DNA from: Auanema rhodensis
Taxonomy: Eukaryota; Animalia; Nematoda
Length of the DNA stretch: 64,000 bases
Direction of reading: 5' to 3'
Assembly: GCA_964057225.1 (NCBI GenBank)
Contig: OZ059900.1
Location: forward strand, 15,810,001-15,874,000
A program made the translations under genes and the position numbers. The notes under the pieces were generated by a model. The model made no database searches. It was given only the letters and a program-made list of their open reading frames with translations, and had not been told where the DNA came from. Of the stretch, positions 26,401 through 38,720 are shown piece after piece; within the stretch, counting starts at the first letter, position 1; each line of letters starts with the position of its first letter.

Positions 26401-29400
26401 ACACAGTTTTTCCCATGAGAAATATTTTATTATGCTGGAAAACCAGTTTTTGGAAATTTCGCTGTAAACAAGGTTTTGACTTACGATTTCATGTGTTCAA
26501 ACTCATGCAATGTCAATGAAACCTAGCTCAAAACTGTTCGTACAACGTCTAGTTCCACTTTCACGACAAAAAAACAGGGGTTAGAAAATTAAGGAAATTA
26601 GCATATTCTGAGGGCACGCCCCTTATGGCTAATATTGATTAAATCGATTTTTGTTCATATGAGTCGTCAAATGCAACGAATTTCAGCGTGTTACATACTA
26701 AAATGAAGTATTTTACATGCTGAACACTAGAGAAATACAAAAACACAGTATTTCCCATAAGAAATATTTTATTATGCTGGAAAACCAGTTTTTGGAAATT
26801 TCGCTGTAAACAAGATTTTGACTTACGATTTCATGTGTTCAAACTCATGCAATGTCAATGAAACCTAGCTCAAAATTGTTCGTACAACGTCTAGTTCCAC
26901 TTTCACGACAAAAAAACAGGGGTTAGAAAATTAAGGAAATTAGCATATTCTGAGGGCACGCCCCTTATGGCTAATATTGATTAAATCGATTTTTGTTCAT
27001 ATGAGTAGTCAAATGCAACGAATTTCAGCGTGTTACATACTTAAATGAAGCATTTTACATGCTGAACACTAGAAAAATACAAAAACACAGTATTTCCCAT
27101 GAGAAATATTTTATTATGCTGGAAACCAGTTTTTGGAATTTTCGCTGTAAACAAGGTTTTGACTTACGATTTCATGTGTTCAAACTCATGCAATGTCAAT
27201 AAAACCTAGCTCAAAATTGTTCGTACAACGTCTAGTTCCACTTTCACGACAAAAAAACAGGGGTTAGAAAATTTAGGAAATTAGCATATTCTGAGGGCAC
27301 GCCCCTTATGGCTAATATTGATTAAATCGATTTTTGTTCATATAAGTCGTCAAATGCAACGAATTTCAGCGTGTTACAAACTAAACTGAAGTATTTTACA
27401 TGCTGAACACTAGAAAAATACAAAAACACAGTATTTCCCATGAGAAATATTTTATTATGCTGGAAAACCAGTTTTTGGAAATTTCGCTGTAAACAAGGTT
27501 ATGACTTACGATTTCATGTGTTCAAACTCATGCAATGTCAATGAAACCTAGCTCAAAATTGTTCGTACAACGTCTAGTTCCACTTTCACGACAAAAAAAC
27601 AGGGGTTAGAAAATTTAGGAAATTAGCATATTCTGAGGGCACGCCCCTTATGGCTAATATTGATTAAATCGATTTTTGTTCATATGAGTCGTCAAATGCA
27701 ACGAATTTCAGCGTGTTACATACTAAAATGAAGTATTTTACATGCTGAACACTAGAAAAGTACAAAAACACAGTATTTCCCATGAGAAATATTTTATTAT
27801 GCTGGAAAACCAGTTTTTGGAAATTTCGCTGTAAACAAGGTTTTGACTTACGATTTCATGTGTTCAAACTCATGCAATGTCAATGAAACCTAGCTCAAAA
27901 TTGTTCCTACAACGTCTAGTTCCACTTTCACGACAAAAAACAGGGGTTAGAAAATTAAGGAAATTAGCATATTCTGAGGGCACGCCCCTTATGGCTAATA
28001 TTGATTAAATCGATTTTTGTTCATATGAGTCGTCAAATGCAACGAATTTCAGCGTGTTACATACTAAAATGAAGTATTTCACATGCTGAACACTAGAAAA
28101 ATACAAAAACACAGTATTTCCCATGAGAAATATTTTATCATGCTGGAAAACCAGTTTTTGGAAATTTCGCTGTAAACAAGGTTTTGACTTACGATTTCAT
28201 GTGTTCAAACTCATGCAATGTCAATGAAACCTAGCTCAAAATTGTTCGTACAACGTCTAGTTCCACTTTCACGACAAAAAAACAGGGGTTAGAAAATTTA
28301 GGAAATTAGCATATTCTGAGGGCACGCCCCTTATGGCTAATATTGATTAAATCGATTTTTGTTCATATGAGTCGTCAAATGAAACGAATTTCAGGGTGTT
28401 ACATACTAAAATGAAGCATTTTACATGCTGAACACTATAAAAATACAAAAACACAGTATTTCCCATGAGAAATATTTTATTTTGCTGGAAAACCAGTTTT
28501 TGGAAAGTTCGCTGTAAACAAGGTTTTGACTTACGATTTCATGTGTTCAAACTCATGCAATGTCAATGAAACCTAGCTCAAAATTGTTCGTACAACGTCT
28601 AGTTCCACTTTCACGACAAAAAAACAGGGGTTAGAAAATTTAGGAAATTAGCATATTCTGAGGGCACGCCCCTTATGGCTAATATTGATTAAATCGATTT
28701 TTGTTCATATGAGTCGTCAAATGAAACGAATTTCAGGGTGTTACATACTAAAATGAAGCATTTTACATGCTGAACACTATAAAAATACAAAAACACAGTA
28801 TTTCCCATGAGAAATATTTTATTTTGCTGGAAAACCAGTTTTTGGAAAGTTCGCTGTAAACAAGGTTTTGACTTACGATTTCATGTGTTCAAACTCATGC
28901 AATGTCAATGAAACCTAGCTCAAAATTGTTCCTACAACGTCTAATTCCACTTTCACGACAAAAAAACAGGGGTTAGAAAATTAAGGAAATTAGCACATTC
29001 TGAGGGCACGCCCCTTATGGCTAATATTGATTAAATCGATTTTTGTTCATATGAGTCGTCAAATGCAACGAATTTCAGCGTGTTACATACTAAAATGAAG
29101 TATTTTACATGCTGAACACTAGAAAAATACAAAAACACAGTATTTCCCATGAGAAATATTTTATTATGCTGGAAAACCAGTTTTTGGAAATTTCGCTGTA
29201 AACAAGGTTTTGACTTACGATTTCATGTGTTCAAACTCATGCAATGTCAATGAAACCTAGCTCAAAATTGTTCCTACAACGTCTAATTCCACTTTCACGA
29301 CAAAAAAACAGGGGTTAGAAAATTAAGGAAATTAGCACATTCTGAGGGCACGCCCCTTATGGCTAATATTGATTAAATCGATTTTTGTTCATATGAGTCG

Positions 29401-32400
29401 TCAAATGCAACGAATTTCAGCGTGTTACATACTAAAATGAAGTATTTTACATGCTGAACACTAGAAAAATACAAAAACACAGTATTTCCCATGAGAAATA
29501 TTTTATTATGCTGGAAAACCAGTTTTTGGAAATTTCGCTGTAAACAAGGTTTTGACTTACGATTTCATGTGTTCAAACTCATGCAATGTCAATGAAACCT
29601 AGCTCAAAATTGTTCCTACAACGTCTAATTCCACTTTCACGACAAAAAAACAGGGGTTAGAAAATTAAGGAAATTAGCATATTCTGAGGGCACGCCCCTT
29701 ATGGCTAATATTGATTAAATCGATTTTTGTTCATATGAGTCGTCAAATGCAACGAATTTCAGCGTGTTACATACTAAAATGAAGCATTTTACATGCTGAA
29801 CACTATAAAAATACAAAAACACAGTATTTCCCATGAGAAATATTTTATTATGCTGGAAAACCAGTTTTTGGAAATTTCGCTGTAAACAAGGTTTTGACTT
29901 ACGATTTCATGTGTTCAAACTCATGCAATGTCAATGAAACCTAGCTCAAAATTGTTCCTACAACGTCTAATTCCACTTTCACGTCAAAAAAACAGGGGTT
30001 AGAAAATTAAGGAAATTAGCATATTCTGAGGGCACGCCCCTTATGGCTAATATTGATTAAATCGATTTTTGTTCATATGAGTCGTCAAATGCAACGAATT
30101 TCAGCGTGTTACATACTAAAATGAACCATTTTACACGCTGAACACTAGAAAAATACAAAAACACAGTATTTCCCATGAGAAATATTTTATTATGCTGGAA
30201 AACCAGTTTTTGGAAAGTTCGCTGTAAACAAGGTTTTGACTTACGATTTCATGTGTTCAAACTCATGCAATGTCAATGAAACCTAGCTCAAAATTGTTCC
30301 TACAACGTCTAGTTCCACTTTCACGACAAAAAACAGGGGTTAGAAAATTAAGGAAATTAGCATATTCTGAGGGCACGCCCCTTATGGCTAATATTGATTA
30401 AATCGATTTTTGTTCATATGAGTCGTCAAATGCAACGAATTTCAGCGTGTTACATACTAAAATGAAGCATTTTACATGCTGAACACTAGAAAAATACAAA
30501 AACACAGTATTTCCCATGAGAAATATTTTATTATGCTGGAAAACCAGTTTTTGGAAATTTCGCTGTAAACAAGGTTTTGACTTACGATTTCATGTGTTCA
30601 AACTCATGCAATGTCAATGAAACCTAGCTCAAAATTGTTCCTACAACGTCTAATTCCACTTTCACGACAAAAAAACAGGGGTTAGAAAATTAAGGAAATT
30701 AGCATATTCTGAGGGCACGCCCCTTATGGCTAATATTGATTAAATCGATTTTTGTTCATATGAGTCGTCAAATGCAACGAATTTCAGCGTGTTACATACT
30801 AAAATGAAGCATTTTACATGCTGAACACTATAAAAATACAAAAACACAGTATTTCCCATGAGAAATATTTTATTATGCTGGAAAACCAGTTTTTGGAAAT
30901 TTCGCTGTAAACAAGGTTTTGACTTACGATTTCATGTGTTCAAACTCATGCAATGTCAATGAAACCTAGCTCAAAATTGTTCGTACAACGTCTAGTTCCA
31001 CTTTCACGACAAAAAAACAGGGGTTAGAAAATTAAGGAAATTAGCATATTCTGAGGGCACGCCCCTTATGGCTAATATTGATTAAATCGATTTTTGTTCA
31101 TATGAGTCGTCAAATGCAACGAATTTTAGCGTGTTACATACTAAAATGAAGCATTTTACATGCTGAACACTAGAAAAATACAAAAACACAGTATTTCCCA
31201 TGAGAAATATTTTATTATGCTGGAAAACCAGTTTTTGGAAATTTCGCTGTAAACGAGGTTTTGACTTACGATTTCATGTGTTCAAACTCATGCAATGTCA
31301 ATGAAACCTTGCTCAAAATTGTTCCTACAACGTCTAGTTCCACTTTCACGACAAAAAAACAGGGGTTAGAAAATTAAGGAAATTAGCATATTCTGAGGGC
31401 ACGCCCCTTATGGCTAATATTGATTAAATCGATTTTTGTTCATATGAGTCGTCAAATGCAACAAATTTCAGCGTGTTACATACTAAAATGAAGCATTTTA
31501 CATGCTGAACACTAGAAAAATACAAAAACACAGTTTTTCCCATGAGAAATATTTTATTATGCTGGAAAACCAGTTTTTGGAAATTTCGCTGTAAACAAGG
31601 TTTTGACTTACGATTTCATGAGTTCAAACTCATGCAATGTCAATGAAACCTAGCTCAAAATTGTTCGTACAACGTCTAGTTCCACTTTCACGACAAAAAA
31701 CAGGGGTTAGAAAATTAAGGAAATTAGCATATTCTGAGGGCACGCCCCTTATGGCTAATATTGATTAAATCGATTTTTGTTCATATGAGTCGTCAAATGC
31801 AACGAATTTCAGCGTGTTACATACTAAAATGAAGCATTTTACATGCTGAACACTAGAAAAATACAAAAACACAGTTTTTCCCATGAGAAATATTTTATTA
31901 TGCTGGAAAACCAGTTTTTGGAAATTTCGCTGTAAACAAGGTTTTGACTTACGATTTCATGTGTTCAAACTCATGCAATGTCAATGAAACCTAGCTCAAA
32001 ACTGTTCGTACAACGTCTAGTTCCACTTTCACGACAAAAAAACAGGGGTTAGAAAATTAAGGAAATTAGCATATTCTGAGGGCACGCCCCTTATGGCTAA
32101 TATTGATTAAATCGATTTTTGTTCATATGAGTCGTCAAATGCAACGAATTTCAGCGTGTTACATACTAAAATGAAGTATTTTACATGCTGAACACTAGAG
32201 AAATACAAAAACACAGTATTTCCCATAAGAAGTATTTTATTATGCTGGAAAACCAGTTTTTGGAAATTTCGCTGTAAACAAGATTTTGACTTACGATTTC
32301 ATGTGTTCAAACTCATGCAATGTCAATGAAACCTAGCTCAAAATTGTTCGTACAACGTCTAGTTCCACTTTCACGACAAAAAAACAGGGGTTAGAAAATT

Positions 32401-35400
32401 AAGGAAATTAGCATATTCTGAGGGCACGCCCCTTATGGCTAATATTGATTAAATCGATTTTTGTTCATATGAGTAGTCAAATGCAACGAATTTCAGCGTG
32501 TTACATACTTAAATGAAGCATTTTACATGCTGAACACTAGAAAAATACAAAAACACAGTATTTCCCATGAGAAATATTTTATTATGCTGGAAACCAGTTT
32601 TTGGAATTTTCGCTGTAAACAAGGTTTTGACTTACGATTTCATGTGTTCAAACTCATGCAATGTCAATAAAACCTAGCTCAAAATTGTTCGTACAACGTC
32701 TAGTTCCACTTTCACGACAAAAAAACAGGGGTTAGAAAATTTAGGAAATTAGCATATTCTGAGGGCACGCCCCTTATGGCTAATATTGATTAAATCGATT
32801 TTTGTTCATATAAGTCGTCAAATGCAACGAATTTCAGCGTGTTACAAACTAAAATGAAGTATTTTACATGCTGAACACTAGAAAAATACAAAAACACAGT
32901 ATTTCCCATGAGAAATATTTTATTATGCTGGAAAACCAGTTTTTGGAAATTTCGCTGTAAACAAGGTTATGACTTACGATTTCATGTGTTCAAACTCATG
33001 CAATGTCAATGAAACCTAGCTCAAAATTGTTCGTACAACGTCTAGTTCCACTTTCACGACAAAAAAACAGGGGTTAGAAAATTTAGGAAATTAGCATATT
33101 CTGAGGGCACGCCCCTTATGGCTAATATTGATTAAATCGATTTTTGTTCATATAAGTCGTCAAATGCAACGAATTTCAGCGTGTTACAAACTAAAATGAA
33201 GTATTTTACATGCTGAACACTAGAAAAATACAAAAACACAGTATTTCCCATGAGAAATATTTTATTATGCTGGAAAACCAGTTTTTGGAAATTTCGCTGT
33301 AAACAAGGTTATGACTTACGATTTCATGTGTTCAAACTCATGCAATGTCAATGAAACCTAGCTCAAAATTGTTCGTACAACGTCTAGTTCCACTTTCACG
33401 ACAAAAAAACAGGGGTTAGAAAATTTAGGAAATTAGCATATTCTGAGGGCACGCCCCTTATGGCTAATATTGATTAAATCGATTTTTGTTCATATGAGTC
33501 GTCAAATGCAACGAATTTCAGCGTGTTACATACTAAAATGAAGTATTTTACATGCTGAACACTAGAAAAGTACAAAAACACAGTATTTCCCATGAGAAAT
33601 ATTTTATTATGCTGGAAAACCAGTTTTTGGAAATTTCGCTGTAAACAAGGTTTTGACTTACGATTTCATGAGTTCAAACTCATGCAATGTCAATGAAACC
33701 TAGCTCAAAATTGTTCGTACAACGTCTAGTTCCACTTTCACGACAAAAAACAGGGGTTAGAAAATTAAGGAAATTAGCATATTCTGAGGGCACGCCCCTT
33801 ATGGCTAATATTGATTAAATCGATTTTTGTTCATATGAGTCGTCAAATGCAACGAATTTCAGCGTGTTACATACTAAAATGAAGCATTTTACATGCTGAA
33901 CACTAGAAAAATACAAAAACACAGTTTTTCCCATGAGAAATATTTTATTATGCTGGAAAACCAGTTTTTGGAAATTTCGCTGTAAACAAGGTTTTGACTT
34001 ACGATTTCATGTGTTCAAACTCATGCAATGTCAATGAAACCTAGCTCAAAACTGTTCGTACAACGTCTAGTTCCACTTTCACGACAAAAAAACAGGGGTT
34101 AGAAAATTAAGGAAATTAGCATATTCTGAGGGCACGCCCCTTATGGCTAATATTGATTAAATCGATTTTTGTTCATATGAGTCGTCAAATGCAACGAATT
34201 TCAGCGTGTTACATACTAAAATGAAGTATTTTACATGCTGAACACTAGAGAAATACAAAAACACAGTATTTCCCATAAGAAATATTTTATTATGCTGGAA
34301 AACCAGTTTTTGGAAATTTCGCTGTAAACAAGATTTTGACTTACGATTTCATGTGTTCAAACTCATGCAATGTCAATGAAACCTAGCTCAAAATTGTTCG
34401 TACAACGTCTAGTTCCACTTTCACGACAAAAAAACAGGGGTTAGAAAATTAAGGAAATTAGCATATTCTGAGGGCACGCCCCTTATGGCTAATATTGATT
34501 AAATCGATTTTTGTTCATATGAGTAGTCAAATGCAACGAATTTCAGCGTGTTACATACTTAAATGAAGCATTTTACATGCTGAACACTAGAAAAATACAA
34601 AAACACAGTATTTCCCATGAGAAATATTTTATTATGCTGGAAACCAGTTTTTGGAATTTTCGCTGTAAACAAGGTTTTGACTTACGATTTCATGTGTTCA
34701 AACTCATGCAATGTCAATAAAACCTAGCTCAAAATTGTTCGTACAACGTCTAGTTCCACTTTCACGACAAAAAAACAGGGGTTAGAAAATTTAGGAAATT
34801 AGCATATTCTGAGGGCACGCCCCTTATGGCTAATATTGATTAAATCGATTTTTGTTCATATAAGTCGTCAAATGCAACGAATTTCAGCGTGTTACAAACT
34901 AAACTGAAGTATTTTACATGCTGAACACTAGAAAAATACAAAAACACAGTATTTCCCATGAGAAATATTTTATTATGCTGGAAAACCAGTTTTTGGAAAT
35001 TTCGCTGTAAACAAGGTTATGACTTACGATTTCATGTGTTCAAACTCATGCAATGTCAATGAAACCTAGCTCAAAATTGTTCGTACAACGTCTAGTTCCA
35101 CTTTCACGACAAAAAAACAGGGGTTAGAAAATTTAGGAAATTAGCATATTCTGAGGGCACGCCCCTTATGGCTAATATTGATTAAATCGATTTTTGTTCA
35201 TATGAGTCGTCAAATGCAACGAATTTCAGCGTGTTACATACTAAAATGAAGTATTTTACATGCTGAACACTAGAAAAGTACAAAAACACAGTATTTCCCA
35301 TGAGAAATATTTTATTATGCTGGAAAACCAGTTTTTGGAAATTTCGCTGTAAACAAGGTTTTGACTTACGATTTCATGTGTTCAAACTCATGCAATGTCA

Positions 35401-35524
35401 ATGAAACCTAGCTCAAAATTGTTCCTACAACGTCTAGTTCCACTTTCACGACAAAAAACAGGGGTTAGAAAATTAAGGAAATTAGCATATTCTGAGGGCA
35501 CGCCCCTTATGGCTAATATTGATT
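20489..35524. repeat. 22-monomer (7,518 bp) tandem duplication: 20489-28006 and 28007-35524
   Basis: Private alleles recur at exactly +7518: TTATCATG (20621/28139), CACGTC (22466/29984), AAACGAGG (box at 23724/31242), GAAGTATT (24714/32232), AAACTGAAG (27386/34904). Confidence 0.95.
24249..28006. repeat. Nested 6-mer/5-mer repeat inside the 22-mer (mirrored at 31767-35524)
   Basis: The monomer series at 24249, 24591, 24933, 25274, (25616 duplicate), 25958 recurs at 26299, 26641, 26983, 27324, 27666. Markers are AGAGAAAT, AAGATTTT, GAGTAG, GGAAACCAG, TATAAG and AAAGTAC. Confidence 0.9.
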
Positions 35525-38500
35525 AAATCGATTTTTGTTCATATGAGTCGTCAAATGCAACGAATTTCAGCGTGTTACATACTAAAATGAAGCATTTTAC
35601 ATGCTGAACACTAGAAAAATACAAAAACACAGTATTTCCCATGAGAAATATTTTATTATGCTGGAAACCCACTTTTTGGAAATTTCGCTGTAAACAAGGT
35701 TTTGACTTACGATTTCATGTGTTCAAACTCATGCAATGTCAATGAAACCTAGCTCAAAACTGTTCCTACAACGTCTAGTTCCACTTTCACGACAAAAAAA
35801 CAGGGGTTAGAAAATTAAGGAAATTAGCATATTCTGAGGGCACGACCCTTATGGCTAATATTGATTAAATCGATTTTTGTTCATATGAGTCGTCAAATGC
35901 AACGAATTTCAGCGTGTTACATACTAAAGTGAAGCATTTTACATGCTGAACACTATAAAAATACAAAAACACAGTATTTCCCATGAGAAATATTTTATTA
36001 TGCTGGAAAACCAGTTTTTGGAAATTTCGCTGTAAACAAGGTTTTGACTTACGATTTCATGTGTTCAAACTCATGCAATGTCAATGAAACCTAGCTCAAA
36101 ACTGTTCGTACAACGTCTAGTTCCACTTTCACGACAAAAAAACAGGGGTTAGAAAATTTAGGAAATTAGCATATTCTGAGGGCACGCCCCTTATGGCTAA
36201 TATTGATTAAATCGATTTTTGTTCATATGAGTCGTCAAATGCAACGAATTTCAGCGTGTTACATACTAAAATGAAGTATTTTACATGCTGAACACTAGAA
36301 AAATACAAAAACACAGTATTTCCCATAAGAAATTGTTTATTAAGCTGGAAAACCAGTTTTTGGAAATTTCGCTGTAAACAAGGTTTTGACTTACGATTTC
36401 ATGTGTTCAAACTCATGCAATGTCAATGAAACCTAGCTCAAAATTGTTCGTACAACGTCTAGTTCCACTTTCACGACAAAAAAACAGGGGTTAGAAAATT
36501 AAGGAAATTAGCATATTCTGAGGGCACGCCCCTTATGGCTAATATTGATTAAATCGATTTTTGTTCATATGAGTCGTCAAATGCAACGAATTTCAGCGTG
36601 TTACATACTGAAATGAAGCATTTTACATGCTGAACACTAGAAAAGTATTTTACATGCTGAACACTAGAAAAATACAAAAACACAGTATTTCCCATAAGAA
36701 ATATTTTATTATGCTGGAAAACCAGTTTTTGGAAATTTCGCTGTAAACAAGGTTTTGACTTACGATTTCATGTGTTCAAACTCATGCAATGTCAATGAAA
36801 CCTAGCTCAAAATTGTTCGTACAACGTCTAGTTACACTTTCACGACAAAAAAACAGGGGTTAGAAAATTAAGGAAATTAGCATATTCTGAGGGCACGCCC
36901 CTTATGGCTAATATTGATTAAATCGATTTTTGTTCATATGAGTCGTCAAATGCAACGAATTTCAGCGTGTTACATACTAAAATGAAGTATTTTACATGCT
37001 GAACACTAGAAAAATACAAAAACACAGTATTTCCCATAAGAAATATTTTGTTATGCTGGAAAACCAGTTTTTGGAAATTTCGCTGTAAACAAGGTTATGA
37101 CTTACGATTTCATGTGTTCAAACTCATGCAATGTCAATGAAACCTAGCTCAAAATTGTTCGTACAACGTCTAGTTCCACTTTCACGACAAAAAAACAGGG
37201 GTTAGAAAATTTAGGAAATTAGCATATTCTGAGGGCACGCCCCTTATGGCTAATATTGATTAAATCGATTTTTGTTCATATGAGTCGTCAAATGCAACGA
37301 ATTTCAGCGTGTTACATACTAAAATGAAGTATTTTACATGCTGAACACTAGAAAAGTACAAAAACACAGTATTTCCCATGAGAAATATTTTATTATGCTG
37401 GAAAACCAGTTTTTGGAAATTTCGCTGTAAACAAGGTTTTGACTTACGATTTCATGTGTTCAAACTCATGCAATGTCAATGAAACCTAGCTCAAAATTGT
37501 TCCTACAACGTCTAGTTCCACTTTCACGACAAAAAACAGGGGTTAGAAAATTAAGGAAATTAGCATATTCTGAGGGCACGCCCCTTATGGCTAATATTGA
37601 TTAAATCGATTTTTGTTCATATGAGTCGTCAAATGCAACGAATTTCAGCGTGTTACATACTAAAATGAAGCATTTTACATGCTGAACACTAGAAAAATAC
37701 AAAAACACAGTATTTCCCATGAGAAATATTTTATTATGCTGGAAACCCACTTTTTGGAAATTTCGCTGTAAACAAGGTTTTGACTTACGATTTCATGTGT
37801 TCAAACTCATGCAATGTCAATGAAACCTAGCTCAAAACTGTTCCTACAACGTCTAGTTCCACTTTCACGACAAAAAAACAGGGGTTAGAAAATTAAGGAA
37901 ATTAGCATATTCTGAGGGCACGACCCTTATGGCTAATATTGATTAAATCGATTTTTGTTCATATGAGTCGTCAAATGCAACGAATTTCAGCGTGTTACAT
38001 ACTAAAGTGAAGCATTTTACATGCTGAACACTATAAAAATACAAAAACACAGTATTTCCCATGAGAAATATTTTATTATGCTGGAAAACCAGTTTTTGGA
38101 AATTTCGCTGTAAACAAGGTTTTGACTTACGATTTCATGTGTTCAAACTCATGCAATGTCAATGAAACCTAGCTCAAAACTGTTCGTACAACGTCTAGTT
38201 CCACTTTCACGACAAAAAAACAGGGGTTAGAAAATTTAGGAAATTAGCATATTCTGAGGGCACGCCCCTTATGGCTAATATTGATTAAATCGATTTTTGT
38301 TCATATGAGTCGTCAAATGCAACGAATTTCAGCGTGTTACATACTAAAATGAAGTATTTTACATGCTGAACACTAGAAAAATACAAAAACACAGTATTTC
38401 CCATAAGAAATTGTTTATTATGCTGGAAAACCAGTTTTTGGAAATTTCGCTGTAAACAAGGTTTTGACTTACGATTTCATGTGTTCAAACTCATGCAATG

Positions 38501-38720
38501 TCAATGAAACCTAGCTCAAAATTGTTCGTACAACGTCTAGTTCCACTTTCACGACAAAAAAACAGGGGTTAGAAAATTAAGGAAATTAGCATATTCTGAG
38601 GGCACGCCCCTTATGGCTAATATTGATTAAATCGATTTTTGTTCATATGAGTCGTCAAATGCAACGAATTTCAGCGTGTTACATACTGAAATGAAGCATT
38701 TTACATGCTGAACACTAGAA
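35184..38720. repeat. Block duplication with period 2078 bp (6 monomers including the +27 bp one)
   Basis: GGAAACCCAC occurs at 35663 and 37741. CACGACCCTT, AAAGTGAAG, AATTGTTTAT and ACTGAAAT recur at the same offset. Confidence 0.85.
36618..36671. repeat. 27 bp internal direct repeat in an aberrant 369 bp monomer (36551-36919)
   Basis: GCATTTTACATGCTGAACACTAGAAAA is followed directly by GTATTTTACATGCTGAACACTAGAAAA. Confidence 0.96.
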
